This document shows positions 59,927 through 64,000 of a DNA stretch of 64,000 nt, piece after piece. A model generated the notes under the pieces. It ran no database searches. It was not told where the DNA came from and saw only the letters and a list, made by a program, of their open reading frames with translations. Position numbers and translations under genes: made by a program. Source of the DNA: Myxococcales bacterium (GTDB taxonomy: Bacteria; Myxococcota_A; Polyangia; Polyangiales; Houyiibacteriaceae); the NCBI GenBank assembly GCA_029863605.1, contig JAOTVB010000003.1, positions 201,658 to 265,657 on the forward strand, read 5' to 3'. Each line of letters starts with the position of its first letter. Positions within the stretch are counted from its first letter, which is position 1.

Positions 59927-60799
59927 TCACTCCCGTTCGATGAGGCCAACCCGTCGAGCGACTTCGCGGACGACCGGCAAGACGGCATCATAAGCAGCCG
60001 CATTACAGGCCAATATCCCGCGGTTATTTCGCATGTCGGTGCCACCGTACTGGTAAGCGTGGCCGCCGAGATCGCTGAAACGGCCGCCCGCAGCCTTCAG
60101 GACCGCTTCGGGGCCGCATGCATCCCACTGGCTCGATTTGTCCGACATGTGAACGTACAAGTCTGCCCGCTGCTCGGCGATGAGACCGATTTTGAGCCCG
60201 ACCGAGCCGCTTCTCGTTTCTCGCGTGATGCCGAGCTTCCTCATCACCTCGTCGATCCTCTTGCTCCGATGCGAGCGCGAAACCACGAGCTCGAGCTTTC
60301 TCGGGTCGTCGACGTCGGTCACCACCATCTCCCGTCGTTCACCCCGTTCTTCGAGGTACGCCACGCCGCCCACGACGCCAGCGTAGAGCTTGTCGCGGTC
60401 GGGCTGATAGACGACTCCGAGCGTCGATACCCCGTCGATGGCCAAGCCCAGCATCACCGCGAATTCCCCGTTCTTCGCGATGAATTCTTTGGTGCCGTCG
60501 AGCGGATCGACAAACCAACATCGACCTCCCCGAAGCCCATCGCTCTTGTCTTCGGTCTCCTCGGCGACCACTCCGTCGGCGGGGAAAGCGTTGCGCAGCT
60601 GCTCCACGATGTACGTGTTGGCGCGCGTGTCTGCCTCGGTTACAGGATCGGATTTGGTCTTGTACGCGACGCTGAAGTCCGTCGCGTAGACGTCCAGCAC
60701 GATACCGCCCGCGTGCCTCGCGATGCGCACCGCTTCTCGAAGCTCCCGATCGAGCATACCGGGCTCTACCACGGGATGATGGTTGGGCCCACCGGTCAC
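59927..60799 (-). CDS. 3'(2'),5'-bisphosphate nucleotidase CysQ-like (IMPase superfamily)
   Basis: CWFVDPLDGTKEFIAKNGEFAVMLGL and WDACGPEAVLKAAGG are CysQ-type motifs. Confidence 0.8.
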   Translation of the reverse strand: MTGGPNHHPVVEPGMLDRELREAVRIARHAGGIVLDVYATDFSVAYKTKSDPVTEADTRANTYIVEQLRNAFPADGVVAEETEDKSDGLRGGRCWFVDPLDGTKEFIAKNGEFAVMLGLAIDGVSTLGVVYQPDRDKLYAGVVGGVAYLEERGERREMVVTDVDDPRKLELVVSRSHRSKRIDEVMRKLGITRETRSGSVGLKIGLIAEQRADLYVHMSDKSSQWDACGPEAVLKAAGGRFSDLGGHAYQYGGTDMRNNRGILACNAAAYDAVLPVVREVARRVGLIERE

Positions 60800-61554
60800 G
60801 CGAGGCGACGCGAAAGCTCCGCGAGCAGTTGGGCGACGCTCCTGGCGCTCTGGATCACGATCATCGATGGGGTCGGTGGCTCAGGCTTCTCAGGTGACAG
60901 AACGAATGCGCCGATTCCATGCTTGTTTGCAAACTCGATGGCGGGAAGGTCGGTTAGGTCATCGCCCGCGAAGAAGACACTTCGCGCTCCGCTTCGCTCG
61001 AAGATCTGCCGGAGTGCCTCGCCTTTGTCGTGCGCGAGTGCTTCGGCTTCGCGAACGCAGCGCCCTTTTCGTACGTGAAGCCCCAATCTGGCGGCAAGCG
61101 CTTCGGCCTCGTCGAGAAGCCTGTTCGCTCGAGCGGGGTCGGTTTCCGCAATTCCGCGTACGTGCACCGCGACCGCTTGAGGCTTGTATTCCACGAACGC
61201 GTCACCGGCGTGGTCGCGTACCCATTCTTTGAAACGTGCGAGCGCGAGCACGTGCTCTTCGGCAAGCTTTCGCTCTCGAGGTTGTTCGCCGGGGCCGAGC
61301 ACTACGGCCCCATGCTCCACTCCACGCCAAATCCCGTCGAGCTGTTCCATGCGCGACAGCGACTCTAGGTCGCGACCAGTGATCAGAGCTAGCTGCACCG
61401 AGGACGCCGAGGCGAGCGCCTCCAGAAGTTCGAGGATGTCCTTTGGGATCGTAGCCTTGTCGGGATCTCGAACGATCGGGGCGAGGGTGCCATCGACGTC
61501 TAGCGCCACTAAAAGTGGGGGGTTCAGGGCTACCAGGTCGTCGACGAGACTCAA
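60796..61554 (-). CDS. otsB: trehalose-6-phosphate phosphatase
   Basis: HAD motif I LVALDVDGTLAP and later FFAGDDLTD are present. The gene overlaps otsA upstream and the cysQ-like gene downstream by 4 nt each. Confidence 0.8.
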   Translation of the reverse strand: MSLVDDLVALNPPLLVALDVDGTLAPIVRDPDKATIPKDILELLEALASASSVQLALITGRDLESLSRMEQLDGIWRGVEHGAVVLGPGEQPRERKLAEEHVLALARFKEWVRDHAGDAFVEYKPQAVAVHVRGIAETDPARANRLLDEAEALAARLGLHVRKGRCVREAEALAHDKGEALRQIFERSGARSVFFAGDDLTDLPAIEFANKHGIGAFVLSPEKPEPPTPSMIVIQSARSVAQLLAELSRRLA

Positions 61555-62936
61555 ACCGCCTCCAACGCCGCAATGTACTTGTCTGCCCAGCGATGGACAT
61601 CGAGCCGCATGACCTCCGCCCGCAAGGATCTCATGCGCCTGTGCTTTTCGGCTCGCTTCATGTGGAGCGCGAGGTGCACGGCGTCGGTCATCGCTCCGAC
61701 GTCGTAGGGATTCACCAGCACCGCGCCCTTGAGGTGTTTGGCAGCACCAGCGAACTCGCTCAGCACGAGCACACCTTCCTCGTCGATTCGGGCGGCCGGA
61801 TACTCGTGCGCAACCAGGTTCATGCCATCGCGAAGTGGCGTGACCCAGGCGACATCCGCCGCGCGATAGTGTGCAAAAAGCACCCGCTGACTCAAGTTGC
61901 GATAGAGATAGTGGAGCGGAATGCGGCCTGTCTCGGAGTACCGTCCGTTGATGTCACCCACCATTCGGTCGATTTCCTGTTTCAGATCGGCGTATGCTTT
62001 CACGTCGGTCCGACTGGGGACCATGATTTGGATTAGCGCGTACCGCCTTCGCGCTGTGCGCTCCCGACGAAGCAAGCCCTCGAATGCGGCGAGACGCTCC
62101 GGGATCCCCTTGGTGTAGTCGAGACGATCCACGCTGAGGATCAACTGGCGGTTGCCCATCGTCTGACGAATCCGGCCAACCTCACGCTCGACGTCCGGGT
62201 CGATCGCAAGCGCGTGCAGGTCATCTACCGGCGCCCCGATGGGGGCAACGATGGTCTTCACCGTGCGACTCCCGTATTGAATCGCACTACGAGAAACCCG
62301 ATGCTGGGTGAATCGCTCGACGCATTGCCGAAAATGCTCGGCGTACTCGGGAAGGTGAAAACCGAGGAGGTCCGCACCCAGCAATCCCTCGAGAATCTCC
62401 TCACGCCAGGGAAGAATGCCGAATGTATCGGGCGACGGCCAAGGGATGTGGCAGAACCAGCCGACCCGTGCCTTTGGGCGCTTGGCGCGAACGAAGCCCG
62501 GAACCAGCATCAAGTGGTAGTCTTGCACCCAGATCAGGTCGGACGGGCCGCTCGTCGAGAGCGTGATATCGGCGAACTCGCGGTTGGCGTTGACGTAATT
62601 CGACCATGGTGCGCTGCCCACGCGAATTGTCGGTGGGAAGCTGTGGAGCAACGGCCAGAGCACCGCGTTTGAAACGCCCTCGTAAAAGCCTCGCTCCTCG
62701 GAGCGCGTGAGCGCGATGTACGCGAGTTCGTACTCGAGCTGAGGCACCGTGATCGTGTCGAAGTCTTTGGCTTGCTTCGCGCTGACCCACACACCGCCGC
62801 GCTTTTGAAGCACCGGGTCGAGCGCGGCGACCAGCCCGCCCGCCGAGCGAACCCAACGCTCTTTGCCGCGCGTGGCTTCGTGTCGATAAGGGCCTCGATT
62901 CGATACCACCACCAGCTTTTGGCTCTTCTTTGCCAT
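61551..62936 (-). CDS. otsA: alpha,alpha-trehalose-phosphate synthase (GT20)
   Basis: [33 protein letters not shown] and [14 protein letters not shown] are GT20/OtsA signatures. Confidence 0.9.
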   Translation of the reverse strand: MAKKSQKLVVVSNRGPYRHEATRGKERWVRSAGGLVAALDPVLQKRGGVWVSAKQAKDFDTITVPQLEYELAYIALTRSEERGFYEGVSNAVLWPLLHSFPPTIRVGSAPWSNYVNANREFADITLSTSGPSDLIWVQDYHLMLVPGFVRAKRPKARVGWFCHIPWPSPDTFGILPWREEILEGLLGADLLGFHLPEYAEHFRQCVERFTQHRVSRSAIQYGSRTVKTIVAPIGAPVDDLHALAIDPDVEREVGRIRQTMGNRQLILSVDRLDYTKGIPERLAAFEGLLRRERTARRRYALIQIMVPSRTDVKAYADLKQEIDRMVGDINGRYSETGRIPLHYLYRNLSQRVLFAHYRAADVAWVTPLRDGMNLVAHEYPAARIDEEGVLVLSEFAGAAKHLKGAVLVNPYDVGAMTDAVHLALHMKRAEKHRRMRSLRAEVMRLDVHRWADKYIAALEAV

Positions 62937-62992
62937 CCGATGGGAGCATAGCAGGATCGACCCTGCGCAGGATTTCTGGTACCCGTTTCTTC

Positions 62993-63493
62993 ATGGGCGA
63001 CGACCCCGCACAGTTTCTTCGAGGACGCACGCGTGAAACCCAGATTCGCCGCGACGCCAAGGGTCGTTGGTTCAATGGTGACGATCGCATCGATCATCCC
63101 AACTTGGCCCGTTCGTTCGATGGTTGGATCGACCGCGCAGAGGACGGACGCTTTTGCCTGAGCAACTCGATCAACTGGGCCTACATCGAAATTGAAGGCC
63201 CCGCTTACTTCGTCAAAGACGTCAGCACGACGGATGACCAAATCACCCTTCACCTCTCGGGCGGGCTCGAAGAAACACTCGATCCGGAGTCGCTTCGGCA
63301 GGGTCCCGAAGGCGCGCTGTGGTGCACGGTTCGCGAGGGGCGCTGCCCGGCCCGGTTCGACAATCACGCGGTCAGCAAGATGTCAGACGCCGTGAGAGAA
63401 GACGACGCGGGCGTATACGTGCAAATCGGGGCCCAGAAAGTACGTCCGTCCGAGGTCCACGATCCACTTTCGCTCGGGGCGGAAAAGCGCTAG
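62993..63493 (+). CDS. DUF1285-like protein
   Basis: IRRDAKGRWFNGDDRIDHPNLARSFDGWIDRAEDGRFCL...IEIEGPAYFV resembles DUF1285 (family recalled from memory). Start at ATG 62993. Confidence 0.55.
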   Translation: MGDDPAQFLRGRTRETQIRRDAKGRWFNGDDRIDHPNLARSFDGWIDRAEDGRFCLSNSINWAYIEIEGPAYFVKDVSTTDDQITLHLSGGLEETLDPESLRQGPEGALWCTVREGRCPARFDNHAVSKMSDAVREDDAGVYVQIGAQKVRPSEVHDPLSLGAEKR

Positions 63494-63502
63494 GCCTCGA
63501 CG

Positions 63503-64000
63503 ATGACGCGACGTGAGCTCATCGCCACGGTCATCGTGGCTGCGATCGCCTTTCCCCTAGTATTCGTGTTCGCGGGTGCGGTCGCCGATGCACATGCAAG
63601 GGCCACCGAAGCGCCGTTCCGTGCGGTTCTCGGCAACGCTCGCTTCGAGGCGCTGATGGATGGTCAGGGTGGGGTTCCGCACTATCTCGGCGCATCGCTC
63701 CTCGCCCCCGACTTCACGTTGCCTGAGCAGTCGGGCGGTGAATGGGAGCTCTCAGACCAGCGCGGCAAGGTCGTCGTGATGAACTTCTGGACCGTGACCT
63801 GCCGTCCCTGCATCCAGGAGATGCCCACGATCGAGCTCCTCGCCGACATCACCAAGGACTGGGGCGATGTCGAGGTCGTCGCCGTGTCGACCGACCGCAA
63901 CTGGGCGGAGGTGGAGGCAATCATCCCGAAGAATTCGGGGATCACCAGCCTGCTCGACGCTGAACGCAAGGTCGTTACAGATGCATTCGGTACCAAGCTC
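63503..64000 (+). CDS. TlpA/ResA-like thiol:disulfide oxidoreductase, 3'-truncated by the window edge
   Basis: The ORF opens at ATG 63503 and is still open at nt 64000, so it is absent from the ORF track. It has an N-terminal TM, then FTLPEQSGGEWELSDQRGKVVVMNFWTVTCRPCIQEMP with a CxxC motif (CRPC). Confidence 0.8.
   Translation, partial: MTRRELIATVIVAAIAFPLVFVFAGAVADAHARATEAPFRAVLGNARFEALMDGQGGVPHYLGASLLAPDFTLPEQSGGEWELSDQRGKVVVMNFWTVTCRPCIQEMPTIELLADITKDWGDVEVVAVSTDRNWAEVEAIIPKNSGITSLLDAERKVVTDAFGTKL

Overview
High-GC (about 60% by eye), very gene-dense chromosomal segment. It holds about 50 protein-coding genes, with short or overlapping intergenic gaps and many ATGA/GTGA/TTGA start-stop overlaps. 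I recognised no rRNA, tRNA, CRISPR array, transposase, integrase or prophage signature, so this looks like core genome rather than a mobile island. The domain repertoire suggests a Myxococcota-like organism: a DUF4388-like segment, an AgmX/PglI-type C-terminal domain, Cys-rich repeat lipoproteins, and many receiver, FHA and c-di-GMP proteins. The acidic proteins and moderate GC would fit a marine lineage such as Bradymonadia, but that is inference only. Housekeeping genes recognised: trpS, tatB-tatC, gyrB, a two-gene acyl-CoA carboxylase, pdhA-pdhB-E2, a GlcD-like FAD oxidase, pssA, a fused moaD-moaE, an M16 peptidase, a PpiD-like chaperone, fbp, otsA-otsB with a cysQ-like gene, an ABC-2 exporter, an SDR, and a TlpA-like thiol-disulfide oxidoreductase (truncated at the 3' edge). 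Signalling genes: an orphan MCP, a hybrid histidine kinase with Hpt, single-domain and LuxR-type response regulators, a GAF-GGDEF protein and a stand-alone EAL protein. The least ordinary content is: (1) two adjacent paralogous lipoproteins of about 1,440 and 1,540 aa with a metzincin zinc site, together about 9 kb; (2) a four-gene same-strand cluster encoding a Cys-rich repeat lipoprotein, a vWA lipoprotein, a membrane protein and an ArnT/PMT-like GT39 glycosyltransferase; (3) an orphan FHA + CpaF/TadA-like secretion ATPase whose Walker A lysine and other catalytic residues are substituted; (4) a translationally coupled TPR protein + YjgR/HerA-like NTPase pair that runs off the 5' edge. None of these can be shown to be a new system from sequence reading alone; each entry names the searches that would decide it.
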